From assembly GCF_006345805.1 (NCBI RefSeq), contig NC_042999.1:29264001-29328000 (forward strand): a stretch of 64,000 nt of DNA, read 5' to 3'. Both the position numbers and the translations under genes were made by a program. Each line of letters begins with the position of its first letter. Position 1 is the stretch's first letter. Of this stretch, positions 1 to 14,144 are shown in pieces. The DNA comes from Octopus sinensis (lineage: Eukaryota). The notes beneath the pieces were generated by a model. That model saw nothing but the letters and a program-made list of their open reading frames with translations. It searched no databases and was not told the origin of the DNA.

Positions 1-702
1 GTTCCTCAAAATTCCATGACTGGATATTGTATTCTCACTACAGTAAGAACTCTCCTTCTGCTCATCTACTAACATGGTATCTTGGAGGTCACAGCAAATT
101 CTATGTTATCAATAGCAGAAAAAAATACTTCTTATTTATTAGTACGACCATGTTTGCATGCCAGAAGGTGTGCAGTCGATTGTACTTTGACTTAAAATAC
201 TGCGAAAGGATATGTTTATACACTTTAATGCAATGTAATAAACGCCTGGACGAACATACTTTTACCTATCTTTGGATTATAGATGGTGTGTGCGTAGCGG
301 TATCAACGAGAAAACACTTGCATTCTTGGATTAATAAAATGTATTATGGGTAAATGGATTCCAAAACACGATCATCAATTACATTTTCTTCGTTTCTAGT
401 GTTAATCGGCGTTACAGTAATAAAAGTATTAAAATACGGCCCATCAAATTTCTTTCCTTTCTAGCGATATTTCCCTAAAATATGTACGTGTATGTGTGTG
501 TTTGTGCGTCTTTTTGTTTTTATGCGTATGTGTGTGTGTCCTTGCCTGTGCACCTGTTCATATAAGTATATATGTGTATACGTTCCTTACCAATAATCTG
601 AATGAAACAAGATTGGTATTATTTCGATGATTTGTTTGGGACCAAGAATCGCAATGCTACCCTAGGGTAATGACATGTGCATATGCAGCATATCTGAATA
701 TA

Positions 703-1110
703 ATCATATACATATGCAAACATATTAGCATATACATATGCAATTATATAAGCATATACATATGCAAATATATAAGCATATACATATGCAAATATATAAG
801 CATATACATATGCAAACATATAAGCATATACATATGCAAACATATAAGCATATACATATGCAAACATATAAGCATATACATATGCAAACATATAAGAATA
901 TACATATGCAAATATATAAGCATATACATATGCAAACATATAAGCATATACATATGCAAACATATAAGCATATACATATGCAAACATATAAGAATATACA
1001 TATGCAAATATATAAGCATATACATATGCAAACATATAAGCATATACATATGCCAACATATAAGCATATACATATGCAAACATATAAGCATATACATATG
1101 CAAACATATA
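703..1110. repeat. 24-bp minisatellite (AGCATATACATATGCAAACATATA)n, about 17 units
   Basis: Unit read directly. The overlapping ORFs in all frames show 8-aa periodicity (e.g. KHISIYIC), so they are repeat artefacts. Confidence 0.95.
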
Positions 1111-1699
1111 TGAATGCATACATATACATAGGAATACATACATTCACACGCATCCAGACACATATCATATATACGTTTTTGAATTTTTCTTGCAAGATTC
1201 CTAATGTGAAATATTGTATTAAAACATATATTGTTGTATTTCGAGATGGTCACTGTACACTGAGGGAAATAACATCATCAATAAGAACAACCACGATGAG
1301 AGCAGTGTGGGTGAACACACACACACAAACATTGAGAGATATAGGAAGTGTAGTAAATTTAGGTTTCTAGAAGCAACAGCAGCGACAACGAAGTAGGGGA
1401 TGGGGAGTGGAAGATCAGAGTGCTACTGAGAAAAATGACGCACACATTTACACACGCACACACATGTACGCACATGGACACAAAGACGGACGCAAATGCA
1501 CAAATGGATAAACATCACAGAAGATAAGGATGAAATAAGCGGAAGAAGAGCAGCGCACACGGTGGCGGAAATTGTCGCTGAAGAGGTCGCAGTTGGATGA
1601 CGAATAATTTCCGGACAATGGACATGAGTTAGAATAAGATCAGTAATAAAGGAATGAGATTTGGGGTCAAAAACAAATGGCCATCCCAACGGAATACGT

Positions 1700-1915
<216 letters not shown>

Positions 1916-2145
1916 AGAGGATGCCGGTTTCTGGAGTTACCCTCACAAGGTTTTAGCGTTACGGCATATTTTCAGAACCCAGACACTGCTGGCCTAAAAA
2001 ATCCAAACTTTTCAAGATACGCCTTAAGGCTAAACGATGTATGAGCGAAAAACCCAGGACAACCCCATACAACGGCCTCCCAATAATAATATTAACTGCT
2101 CTACATCTTAGAGTCTGCTTCTCCAGACTTATGTATTTCTATAAA

Positions 2146-2200
<55 letters not shown>

Positions 2201-3923
2201 CACTCATGCATATATATGGATGTATGGTTGTATTTATATGTATATAAATGTATGTATGTATATTCACATATATATATATAAGTGTTTGTGTGTGTCTGTG
2301 TAATGTTTTCAAAATAAAGAGAGTGATGGATTTATCTATACTAAGATGTAGATACCTCATGTTAATAGCATATATTTTATACAGCTTCCTAAAATGAAGC
2401 AAATATTAAAATTTACATAGTAAACAAATACCCTTGACCATTTCAATATCAGTGCATCTTTAAAAAGGTAAAAATTCATTTGCACTGTCTTTCATATGAT
2501 TGAACATTTCTGATATACGATTAATTCAAGAATGAAATAATTACAATTATCCGGATGATGAACATTATGCACGGCGAACTTATGTTTTTGGCGTCTATGT
2601 ATATAGTTTGCCCTAACTAGGGAACTTCTCCCCATTACAAACTGATTATGCCGCCTGACAAATTTCTGAAAACAGTCTTTTTTTTTTAAATGAAAATTAC
2701 TACAAGTATGTTTTAGATTATGTAGATTAATATTGTTTCGGGATACGTTGTGGCAACTGTTTTGGGAAGGGGAAAAGGAAGTATGGATAATCTATCTGCA
2801 TCTGATTTCTTTTAACTTCAAAACAATTGGTACCTCTTCAGAAAAGTTTCAACAGATAGAGTCAGTTTGTAAAAATCAGGATTATATCGGAAATAATGTG
2901 ATAGAATACATGTTGGAGTGGTTGCAGACTTTTCAAACATCTCGATTTTGTATCTCGCACATTCCGATGATAAATATTTCAATTACATAGCAATATCAAA
3001 ATAATTAACAAAAGGAAATCACCCAATTTCTTTAGTAGTTTTTGCATATATGTATTAATATTAGTATCACATCATATAGCTTTGTATTAGAATTAGGCAA
3101 TGTACAATTTTTGATGGATTAAGCTGTCTCGGGATAGATTTTATGCTGCTTTATTTTCTACAAAACTGCTGTAAGCTAAAGGACTTTCTATATTCAGAGG
3201 GTAGGATATAATTACCTCCAATATAGCTTAGATTTCTAATAGGTCGAACAAACGCCAACTATCTTCTCATCTGTCATGCTGACTACAACTGTGATACTGT
3301 TCAATTAACCAATGTAATGTTGGCGTGTAAGGCATTGTTTAAATTAACAATTTAATTAGTGATTCATTTGTGTCTCCGATTGCTTAATCGCTCGAGTTAT
3401 ATTGTAATTTTATTACGACAAGCTATTTAAATAAAGAATGCTCTCTAATTTATTGATTAATTAATTAGTTAATTATTTAAACAAGAAACACTTATCTAAA
3501 AGTATGCACCGCAGAAAATGCAATCCATGGATACAATCCGGCATAGAGTTAAAAGTATAAGAAATAAAATTTTCGAATACTTTTACAGAAAATACGTATA
3601 ACATTAATCATAAATCTCCCTTAAGACACGTTTATGCCGACATTTGCACAAACAGTTAGGCACACACACAAAATACACTCACCCCCACCATGCATATATA
3701 CATACGCACACACACGCACCTACCCACAAACACGGACGCGCACACAAGCACACACGAACACGCATATCAGAACCTGCTATTTGTTTATAACCCCTGTGAG
3801 ATTTATTTACGTGTCTACCCTAAGCAGATGTTTAAATATATAAATTTCACGTGACATATAGTAATATATGGTGATCTCATTCTCGCTCACAACATTATAA
3901 GCGGAAAGTGTAACCTCTCGAAT

Positions 3924-4215
3924 GAGCTGTTCTTCACTCCTGCTTCAGAGCGTCGGCTGCGGGGTCACTCCGAAAAGCTCTATCTACGACGATTTCATCT
4001 CAATCGAAGGAGAGGCGCTTTCTCTGTCCGGGTTGCGGATCCGTGGAATACGCTGCCGGATGAGATAGTGAAGATGCTGACGCCTGCACGGTTCAAAGTC
4101 TGTCTTGACCAGAAATGGCCTGAACTCCTTGTATGACCACCCTCCCTGTCCCCCTACGTGGCTTTGCTTTTGCTTTTTGAGCCAATAAAAATTGGGTTGA
4201 ATAGAATTGAATATG
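3924..4215 (+). mobile_element. CR1/L2-type LINE 3' end fragment
   Basis: Frame 3924-4136 reads ELFFTPASERRLRGHSEKLYLRRFHLNRRRGAFSVRVADPWNTLPDEIVKMLTPARFKVCLDQKWPELLV*. This matches the CR1-clade ORF2 C-terminal pattern (RGH..KL...FSVRV..WN.LP..V......FK..LD). A short UTR ending in TTGAA-like repeats follows. Confidence 0.8.
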
Positions 4216-4838
4216 ATCAATGATGAGTAAGGGCAATTGTCTGATGGTGAGGCGAACTGACGTGCAAGCATACAATTGAAAGATTTATTCTGAATCGAGT
4301 ATGACTGAAAATAATGTCTCATGTGGAACATGGAATTTAAATTATTGGAATGAAAAACATTCCGACTCAAAGACACTAAATACTGTTACTAGTTGAGATT
4401 CCCTTTTCTTTTTTTGATTGCGTCTGTTCGCGAGGAACTTTTGAATAAATTACGAATAAGATGTCTAAGCAAAATATCTGAAACTGACGTTATCCATCTG
4501 AAACATACTTATTCGTCAATAACTAACTACAATATGTGGCAATCTTAACGAAAAAAAACGGAAAGAAAAGAAAGGCACCACGCAAGTCGCAAGTGTCCCG
4601 TTTTCTTATATATGTGTGTCTCTGTAAACATATACCTTTCCAGGAGTTTATAAAGGTGCAATAATGTATGCATCCAACAACATTATAGTATTCAGTGATG
4701 TGGGATCCCTTATTGTCTGTCTATCGACCTATGTGTTTATATATATATATATATCTAAATATATATATATATACATATATCTGTATACACACACACACAC
4801 ATGCACATACACACGCACACATACTCCCGCACACATAA

Positions 4839-4873
<35 letters not shown>

Positions 4874-5041
4874 CATGTATGTGTATAAAGAGGTGTAAAT
4901 ATATGTACGAGGGGGTACTTAACGGAGAGGGGAATCTTGCAGTGTCCTTTTATTGAATTAGATTTACACGTTTACACATTTATTGTTAGCTTGGCACCGA
5001 TGCCGTAGTTTCCTTTAAGGAGAATCTGTAATACTCATGAA

Positions 5042-5180
<139 letters not shown>

Positions 5181-5617
5181 GAACATCTATTTATACATAT
5201 ATGATCAAGGCATTCAAGTTCAGCTTCAACATTACAATTTCAAAGTTTGCAAATATTTGGTGTTAATCGAAGCACTGAATGTTGGAAATCAAATGTTAAC
5301 ATTATCAGAATAGATTCGACAATTGATATTAGGAATAAGATTTCTTTTTCTTTTCAATAGTACATACATGTGGAATGAAATTAATTACTATAATCATCCG
5401 TGCATGTTTTATTAACTGTTGCGTAATCCTTTAGAATGAATTTCAGCTAATCCAAATTTTCACTTAACAGAGAATAAATATGAAATTCAAAAGAATTTTT
5501 TTGTATTTCAATAATTATCATGATTTTAATTTTACACTGCGTAATCTAACCTGCACATGACATTGTGATTTTGCTTTTATTCCATAATTTTTGTAGTTTT
5601 CTCTTTTTTTTCTTATG

Positions 5618-8252
5618 CTTCTACCCATTGGATACACAGCTTTCACGGAGTGTTGATAGATTCGACTCTTTTCAAACAAAGTACTTCAAACTACACAAAA
5701 CTCGAGGAAGTATGTATATTTCTCCCAAAGATCTCAACGATTTCCACGAACTCTCAACGCCTCCTACGACTTCTCTCGTCTCAATCAATACGCTACTCTT
5801 TATAAAAGTTCGGCTACTCAATTCTTTAAATCCTACAGGAGTCTCAATGACTCTCGCTACTTCTACACTTTTGAGATTTACTTCCTAGGCATGTTTAATA
5901 CTACTTCCGTTTAGGCAGTACTTTCAGCGTTTTCTTTCTTTCTTCTTTCTTGTGCTGCAACGCCTAGGTTCTAATTCTTGTGGCGGCGGAACATCAAAGG
6001 TGTCGTAGAGAAACTCCATTGGTATCTATCAGCACCTCTATTTGTTTTACTGGTTTAAATGTTTTTGCGTTCCCAATTTTCTCCTCTTATCATATACGTT
6101 ATTTTGCATATTCTTTTTGTTACTACTCCGTCTCCTTAACCTCCTTAATTATTTCATTTTTATATAGTTTGAAAAACACAGTTTTACCGATAGTAAAATA
6201 TTTTGTCATATTTTTAGCGTTATCCTTATTTGGTTTTTCTTATTGGTAACATCTTCTAAAATCAACTGACATTATTTTTGGAGCAAGCAGTTCCGCAGGC
6301 GACTTGCCTGAAGAAGTGTTTTGTTTTGGTGATATCCTAAAATCCCTCATGAAATGTGTAATGCTGCACCATCGACCAGCTCATTTATTGATTTCCTTAA
6401 TAATACTCTTTTAAATGTATCCACGAGACGTTCCGCTTATCCGTTTGATCTTGCGTGATATGGCGGATTTGACATGTGTTTAACTGCGTATATTTTGTAA
6501 ACATTTAAAAAACTTATACGCTGTAAACTGCGTACCGTTATCAGATATATGGCGTCCGGGGAACCAAATCAGGGGAACCAAATCAGTCCTTTGTTACTGT
6601 GGTGTTTGGTTTCCAACATCTACATATTTCCTGCCACTTAGATTCTACCACAATCAGGTAATGCATCCATGGACTGTCGGCTTAAGTCCACGGTGGGAAT
6701 TTTACCGGTGGTGACTTGGCTGAAAATGCACAACCTCTACAGGATTTCACAGTCTCTTCTATGTCCCAGTCAATTGTAGGCTAATATACATAACTTCTCA
6801 TAAGGGATCAATATGAAATTCCTTTAATGAACGCTGGCACAAGGTTTCCTTGTGCATACATTAACACATTGTTACACAGAGAAAAATGGCTCGCATTTGT
6901 GTTGCGCATATTAAAATTTTTTTTTAGCTTTCAGTATTTCTTTCATTTTTATAATGAATTTCTCAGTCTCCGATTTAGATTTTATGTCTGCTAGCGTAAC
7001 TGGCAGTTCACGAATGGCGTTACACAAAATATTTTCAATTTCATTTTCTGTTCAGAAAGTAGCAGTAATAGTGTCTTCCAATGGTTTTGCGTTGTTTGGA
7101 ATCAGTCTTCATAGACAATCTGAATGGTCTAATTTATTGAATTTTATATTCTGCATCTAGAAATTTGAGTTTGATAATATCGCGAATATCTTTCACGGCA
7201 AAAATGATTGATAGAACTTTCATTTCGACTTCACTCTAATTGTTTTCTGTTTTTGTTGTTTGCTGATATTAGAGAACGATATCACTGCTCCTATCCGAGA
7301 GTGAACTACTACCGTTATGTAACCAGCTTTATATTTATGAAGCATTACTGGTACATTCCATACTCAGAAGCGTCTGAAGTTACAATAATCATTGCTGCAG
7401 GATCGGATCGATATGAGCTAACGACAAATCAGATATTAATATTTAAAAAATGTTTTGACGAAATCTTCATCATCCTTTACTAAATTCAAACAGTCCCAGC
7501 GAGTATTGAACAGGAAATTCTCTCACTGAAAATTTTTGATAACTATTTAATTGTTTCATCGAAACAAATTTCACATATTTATTTTCTTTTTTGGCAAAAC
7601 ATATTTACAGTATTTTCGTGTTCAGTAGGGGATAATTTTATAGTCTTACATTTTCATTGTCAGTCAAATTTCGGCATTCCTCTTTGAAGACTTCTTCACA
7701 TCTTCGGAAATATGCAGAAAAAGTAAAAACCGCCTTCTAGATTTGCACTAATTTCTTCAACTGACTTTGCTACGCTGTCTAGCGAAAAGGGGCATGATTA
7801 ACTTTTGGGCTTCAGCATTTCTTCCAGTAACCGTTGATATTCTTGTTGTTGCAATTGCTGTTGTAACTGTTTACAGAAGCTAATATAGCTCTCTATATTA
7901 ACTGATTTTTCTTTGATTCTCATCAAAAGAAAATGTTAATTCCTCGCCACTTTTATAAGCGGATATCCTCGTCACCACTTTTATTAGTGAATATCCCGGA
8001 GCCACTTTTGTATCCATCTCTACGTTTGATATACGGATTTCACTTACTAGGAATACACACAACTGTCTTTACACGACGTACATCAAGGTTCTCCAGTAAA
8101 CATGATACTCTAATATATAGAAACTCAAGGAAATGTACGACTTCGCCCGCCTCAACCAATACGCTATTCTATATAACAGATCGATTAGACCATTCTTCCA
8201 ATCCTAGAGGCTTCGTCAATGACCCTCACCACTACACTCCTCTTGAGATTTA
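5618..8252 (-). mobile_element. Decayed, internally deleted Ty3/Gypsy (K02A2.6/Mag-like) LTR retrotransposon
   Basis: Minus-strand remnants in Gypsy order: gag (FSAYFRRCEEVFKEEC..ENVRL), RNase H (IIVTSDASEYG), connector (RLIPNNAKPLEDT..ELPVTL), integrase Zn finger (RSYVY*PTIDWDIEETVKSCRGC) and core (ISDNGTQF; PPYHARSNG*AERLVDTFKR; GKSPAELL). Diverged direct repeats at ~5618-5880 and ~8015-8252. PBS-like TGGTGACGAGGAT at 7965-7977 (-). Confidence 0.85.
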
Positions 8253-8522
8253 TGTTCAACTTAAACACGTTTTTCGATACCTCTTTCATTAGTACTTATT
8301 CTGTTAATAGTAACCTCATTCGCAATGTATACTTTTAGGAAATCCACGTATGCTATACTTACGCAGATAATAATCATATCCGCGCAATCATGCACTAATA
8401 TGGATACAAAGAGCAAACACACAGACACGTGTACCCTTAACGTAGTTCTCAGGGACATTCAGCGTGACACAAAGTGTAACAAGGACGGCCCTTTAAAATA
8501 CAGGTACAACTAATTTTTGCTA

Positions 8523-8649
8523 GCTGAGTGGATTGGAGCAACGTGAAATAAAGTGTCTTGCTCAATGACACAACGCTACGCCGGGAATCGAACTCACGAC
8601 CTTACAATCGTAAGACGAATGCCCTAACCACTAATCCACGCGCCTTCAC
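8523..8649 (-). mobile_element. tRNA-derived SINE, 5' part
   Basis: Minus strand begins GTGAAGGCGCGTGGATTAGTGGTTAGGGC...GAGTTCGATTCC, giving Pol III A and B boxes. The same head family occurs at 9216-9508. Confidence 0.75.
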
Positions 8650-8687
8650 TGAAATATACCTATAGACATGATCACACATAAGTACAC

Positions 8688-8729
<42 letters not shown>

Positions 8730-8764
8730 GTATTCGGCACAGATATATATATATATATATATAT

Positions 8765-8803
<39 letters not shown>

Positions 8804-9164
8804 TCGAATACTTTTCTCGGGGATAAATAAAAATAAATTAGATTGATGTTATTAGGGAAAATTGGGAAACAATGCTTAAAGATCAAATGACAGTAAAAAT
8901 TCCAATATAAAATAAATTCCATTGATTGAAAGTAGTGGAAGTTCAGCTGGTCGAGGATTATCATAGCAGTCATATATGATTAAAAGGGGAAAGGGATTGA
9001 GTCATACAAATTTATTGGATACGAGACAGTTCTTAAAAGATAGAGAAGAAACAGAAGAGATGTTGTCACAATTTTTGCGGACATGAAAGAGGACTCTACG
9101 CACTGGTATTGCTGGAAGCAGCTTTGTGTTTGAAGCTGATATTACCTAGTATATGGTATATGTA

Positions 9165-9200
<36 letters not shown>

Positions 9201-9215
9201 TATATATATATATAT

Positions 9216-9508
9216 CACCGTGACCGACCAGGGTATCAGATGCTGCTACACATCGCTAGTCCCAATGCGCTTTGCATTGTTTTAGCCTTAAAATGACGCC
9301 GTCCCGCTGGCTAAGCGAGAAGGCCAACAGAAGAAAGAGTGAGAGAAAGTTGTGGGGAAAGAGCACAGCAGGGTTCTCCACCACTCCCTACCAGAGCCTC
9401 GTGGAGCTTTTAGGAGTTTTCGCTCATAAAACAGTCACAACGCGCGGGCTGGGAATCGAAACAACCGCATGCCCGCTGCTCTAACCACTGGGCCATTGCG
9501 CCTTCACA
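9216..9508 (-). mobile_element. tRNA-derived SINE
   Basis: Head GTGAAGGCGCAATGGCCCAGTGGTTAGAGC...GTTTCGATTCCC on the minus strand. Confidence 0.75.
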
Positions 9509-9517
9509 CACACACAC

Positions 9518-9551
<34 letters not shown>

Positions 9552-9561
9552 ATATATATAT

Positions 9562-10162
9562 ACGCGAGAAAGAAGCAACAAGAATGGATAGGTTTTTAGT
9601 ACAATCGTTTCATACAAGGACAGGCTTTATTAAAAGTTGCAAAAATTACAGCATATAAACGTGTCCCGTACTCATCAGCTAAAATACATGTGAGTTCTCT
9701 AGACATCCTAGTGGTTGAGGCTATACTCATGAAGTGATGTAGATAATTAAGTAACATAAACAGATTTCCAAAGTTCATTAAAGTTCTTTAAAGATGATGT
9801 ACAGTCTTATCACAGAATTTTAAAAAAGTTTTAATAGCATCACAGAGAAGGTGACCTAATCCATAGTGCACATATGAATTTCCAGAGATATGAGGAGGGA
9901 TTACATACTCACAGACGACAAATTTATCCATTGTTAATCACAACGAGGTGGGTCTCAATTCCTGCTTATTAGCATTACAGAGAGGGTGAATTAATCCTTT
10001 GTATAGATGCACAATTTCCAATGGTGTAGATGTAAATTTCCAGAGAAATGAAGAGGAATTTCATATTCACAGGCGATAAATTTATCAATGGTTGAACACA
10101 ATGAGGTAGGTATCAATTCTTGTTATATGATTAGGTATTTGCCACATTAATCACATTACTGG

Positions 10163-10166
<4 letters not shown>
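9562..10166 (-). mobile_element. Solo 3'-terminal (pLTR) fragment of a Penelope-like element, family 1
   Basis: About 95% identical by eye to the outer ~590 bp of each palindrome arm (53547-54135 and 57330-57918). Flanked by (TA)n on both sides. Confidence 0.9.
9594..9684 (-). ncRNA. Type I hammerhead ribozyme, family 1 (loop III GATT variant)
   Basis: Minus strand: TTTTAG-CTGATGA-GTACGGGAC-(41 nt)-GTCCTTGTAT-GAAAC-GATT-GTA-CTAAAA. Stems I and II pair and the core is intact. Confidence 0.8.
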
Positions 10167-10217
<51 letters not shown>

Positions 10218-11271
10218 ATATATATATATATATATATGTTATAAGTTCCAGTTCTTAATGGCTGTAAGTTTATTGATGTAACTGGGTTTGTCCGCCTCTG
10301 GTCCTGGAATTTGAATTACACAAAACAGTGTGCTGATGACGTCATTTGCCTATCGACTAATTTATCATATGGCTTTAACCAGTAATTATCCAGTGCTCAG
10401 GTTGGTCGATTTTTCTGCTGACGTTAGTAACTTGGTAGCTTGTTTACTTTCGTGACGTTCGTCCAGAGTTCCGGTTGGTTGATTCCTCCATTGAGTCACA
10501 GGATTCTGTCAGCATTATGTACATTGTTTTCTCCTGATTTCAAACTACTATACATTAAGTCCTAGGTTTAAACAATAAGAGGTTTTGTAGTATGAATATA
10601 CATGCTCAAAACCGAACAAGATACACACGCATGGACATGCCTCTGGCTGTACGGCCATGTACATATTCATATTTTTACGTATATATTAAATATACACATA
10701 GGGATATACAAGCATGCATAAACACGTACACACACAGTTATATAAACGAATGCAACCTACATAATTTATAGAGAGAAAACGAGAATTAAAGAAGCATAGG
10801 GTTGAGGAAGGGAAACTCACAGCGAAAGAGAACAGTGTGAAAAACATTGATTGGGCTATAGTAAACAATCATTGATTAGCAGCATACAATTTTAAAATGT
10901 CTTTACGAATCCATTATTTGGTTTTGGCTGAGTCTTCAAACTAGAAATACATCCTTTGAATACATTTTAAATACTTCCTTCTACATGTAACCCTTCAGTA
11001 AACATATATTAATGGGAAAACAATGCATATTGTGAGTTGAATTATGCTTCCGGTACTTTGAATATGAAACGCATGTGCTTTTGAACTAACCAAGGCATAA
11101 CATGTTATATTTTAACTTCACCCTGACGGATGTGTGGATGTGTATATGTGCATGTATGCATGTTTGTATTTCTATATATCTATCTACCTATCTATCTATC
11201 GATCTATTTATCTATATATATATATCTATCCTTCTATCTATGTATTTATAAGCTATATATATATATATTAT

Positions 11272-11321
<50 letters not shown>

Positions 11322-11944
11322 ATATACACATACATAAACACACTCCCAAACAAAACATGTATACTGGCAGAGTAAATTTATGCATAAATATTTCATCATA
11401 GAAAAAGTGTTTAGGTAAATAGTGTAAGCTTCATGATACATAGGAAAAAAGTATAACATTTTAAAAATAAGAATAAATCTCATGGAAGTTTACTTTTCAC
11501 ATCATCATTCTTGCATTTTTCGTTAACAACACTTGAAATGAATGAATTTGCTATAGTGGAAGGTATATTCCTTCTATTTGTGACCGCCTCATTGATTTGT
11601 GGCGTGAGTAATGTGAGCAACTGAATTACATATACAATTATTTAGGGTGCATTCTCGAGGCGCAGTCTTCCTACGCTTTAGAAAATGTGGGATTTCAATA
11701 CATCCAACTGAAATCAGTTGTAAAAGTCGTCTTGCACGTTAGTTCGCCTTCCACAGGCACATTGCAATTTTCTTAACCTATTATACGAGAATGTTGAGCA
11801 AATAATGAAATGCATTATCTGAGTTGCAAGAAAACCTCCTCCTTTTGACGCATTTCCCCCTCACTTTCGTTAGTCTGATGTATTTGGGCAAACGACACTG
11901 ATGTCCTTGGGCAAATGACGCGAAGCAAAATAAAGTTGAAAGGT

Positions 11945-11946
<2 letters not shown>

Positions 11947-11989
<43 letters not shown>

Positions 11990-12003
11990 TTAATAATAAT
12001 AAT

Positions 12004-12042
<39 letters not shown>

Positions 12043-12043
12043 G

Positions 12044-12134
<91 letters not shown>
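11947..12134. repeat. (AAT)n microsatellite, target tract of R4/Dong elements
   Basis: Seen directly, immediately upstream of a 5'-truncated R4-like copy. Confidence 0.95.
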
Positions 12135-12135
<1 letters not shown>

Positions 12136-12136
<1 letters not shown>

Positions 12137-13740
12137 TCGGGATGGAGTTTGGACTTGAGAAGTGTGCCAAGGCCACTTTCCAGAAAGGGAAAGTGAAGAC
12201 CACAAATTCAGTCGTGTTAGATGTTGACACAGTCATAAGAGAGCTTGAGCAAGAACAAACATACAAATATTTAGGGATAAATGAAGGCTCTGTTATTCAG
12301 CATGCAAGCATGAAAGAGAAGATCAGGAAGGAATGTTATAGGAGAGTTCGTGCGGTCCTGAAATCAGAACTAAATGCACGTAACAAGGTGTTAGCTATAA
12401 ATTCCTTAGCAGTTCCAGTTGTTACTTATAGCTACAATGTGTTGAACTGGAATATGAGTGAAGTAAAGAATATAGATAGGAAAATACGCAAGCTGCTGAG
12501 TTGTAATAGGATGCACCACCCAAAGGCAGACGTAGATCGCCTTTACCTTCCCAGAGCCCAAGGAGGTCGAGGCCTGATCCAATTTGAACTAGCTTACAAA
12601 ACAACCACAATTGGACTGGTCAAATATCTCGAAATATCGAATGACTGGATGCTAAAGCTCGTGGAAAATCACGAGAGACGAAAGAAGCTTCATTCTATTA
12701 TAAAGGAAAGCAAAAAATTTGCATTCCGAGGGAAGTACGGCAACTATTGTTGCAAAGAAGGTGAAAATGATGGCAACGAAAAAAGCGCACGAGCAAATGG
12801 CTGATAGGTGGGAGGAGAAACCTCTGCACACAAATATGTGACCCGCAGCAAACAAGCTGATGTTGACCAGAAGCAAACCCATCAGTGGCTACGGAGCTCA
12901 GGGCTAAAAGCAGAGAGCGAAGGTTTCATCCTGGCTGCTCAAGATCAAAGCCTATTAACCCGGAACTACCAGGCCAATGTGATGAAAAATGGAGCAGACC
13001 CAATATGCCGATTCTGCAACGACATGATTGAAACAGTGGACCACCTAATCTCTGGATGTAAAGTCTTAGCACCAGTAGAGTATAACTTAAGACATTACAG
13101 AGTTGGCCAATATCTACACTGGCTAATAAGTTGGCATTACAATATCAAAACTGCCGACAAGTGGTATAATCACCACTCTGAGGCTGTAACTGAAGGAGAA
13201 AATGTAACGATTCTGTGGGACTTTCCAGTACATACAGACCGAACCATCAAGGCCAATAAACCAGATATTGTTGTGAAAGACCAAAACAATAAAGTTTGCT
13301 TATTGATCGACATGAGCATCCCCTTTGATCATAATATCTTAGCGAAAGAGTTTGAGAAGCTCAGAGAATATAAAGAACTACACATTGAAATTGAGAAAAT
13401 GTGGCATCTCAAGTCGGTTACAATACCAGTGATCGTAGGAGCACTAGGAATGATCAAGAAGGGAACAGAAAATTATATGAGAATGATCCCTGGCTTACCA
13501 TCCCTGCAACAAGTGCAAAAGATTGTCTTAACTGGTACATCACACGTATTGAGAAGAGCATTGTCGATGTGAGAACTGTTGCTGCTCATGTATTTTAATT
13601 TAACTTTAAAAAAAAAGAAATGAACGAACTATTGAGTTTGTTTTAATGGCCTACCAATGTATACTATGAGTTTCTTTGCCCTAGGAGTCGGGAAGACACC
13701 CGGCAAGAAATGGAAACAAATTTGAAAGAAGAAAAAGAAA
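12136..13740 (+). mobile_element. 5'-truncated R4/Dong-like non-LTR retrotransposon (RLE type), copy 1
   Basis: ORFs 12142-12804 and 12808-13572. Late RT/thumb motifs (FGLEKCA, INSLAVPVVTYS, HPKADVDRLYLPRAQGGRGL), zinc knuckle CRFC..ETVDHLISGC, and RLE motif KPDIVVKD..LLIDMSIP. The 3' UTR runs into (AAT)n. Confidence 0.92.
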
Positions 13741-13752
13741 GTAATAATAATA

Positions 13753-13793
<41 letters not shown>

Positions 13794-13795
13794 TT

Positions 13796-14080
13796 AAAAA
13801 TTATGTGGAATCTAAAAACAAAAACAATTCCTATCATAGTAGGTGCATTAGGCATGATAGAAAAATATTCAGACAAATACATAACAAAAACACCAGGACT
13901 TGCAAACACATATAACATACAGAAAATTGCACTACTATACACTGCACACATCCTACGCAGAACACTTTCAATACAGTAACTATCAGAGCATCACAACAAA
14001 TCACAGCACAACCCCAAAGCTCTCAGAGCTGCGCTCGGTAGTGAAGTGAAAGCACGTTATAAAAATGAAACTACTGAATG
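13796..14080 (+). mobile_element. Short 3' fragment of a second R4/Dong-like family, copy 2
   Basis: Encodes MWNLKTKTIPIIVGALG...ILRRTLSIQ*. Near-identical to 15200-15490, has the same terminus (...GAAACTACTGAATG), and is bounded by (AAT)n on both sides. Confidence 0.9.

Positions 14081-14141
<61 letters not shown>

Positions 14142-14144
<3 letters not shown>

Noticed and set aside
27-353. 108-aa ORF at the window start
   Set aside because: No recognisable domain, TTG start and no supported splice structure.
4905-4925. TACGAGGGGGTAC, resembling a mariner TIR start
   Set aside because: No partner TIR and no transposase nearby.
10325-10500. CTGATGA motif next to the solo pLTR
   Set aside because: No GAAA half-core or pairing stems downstream.
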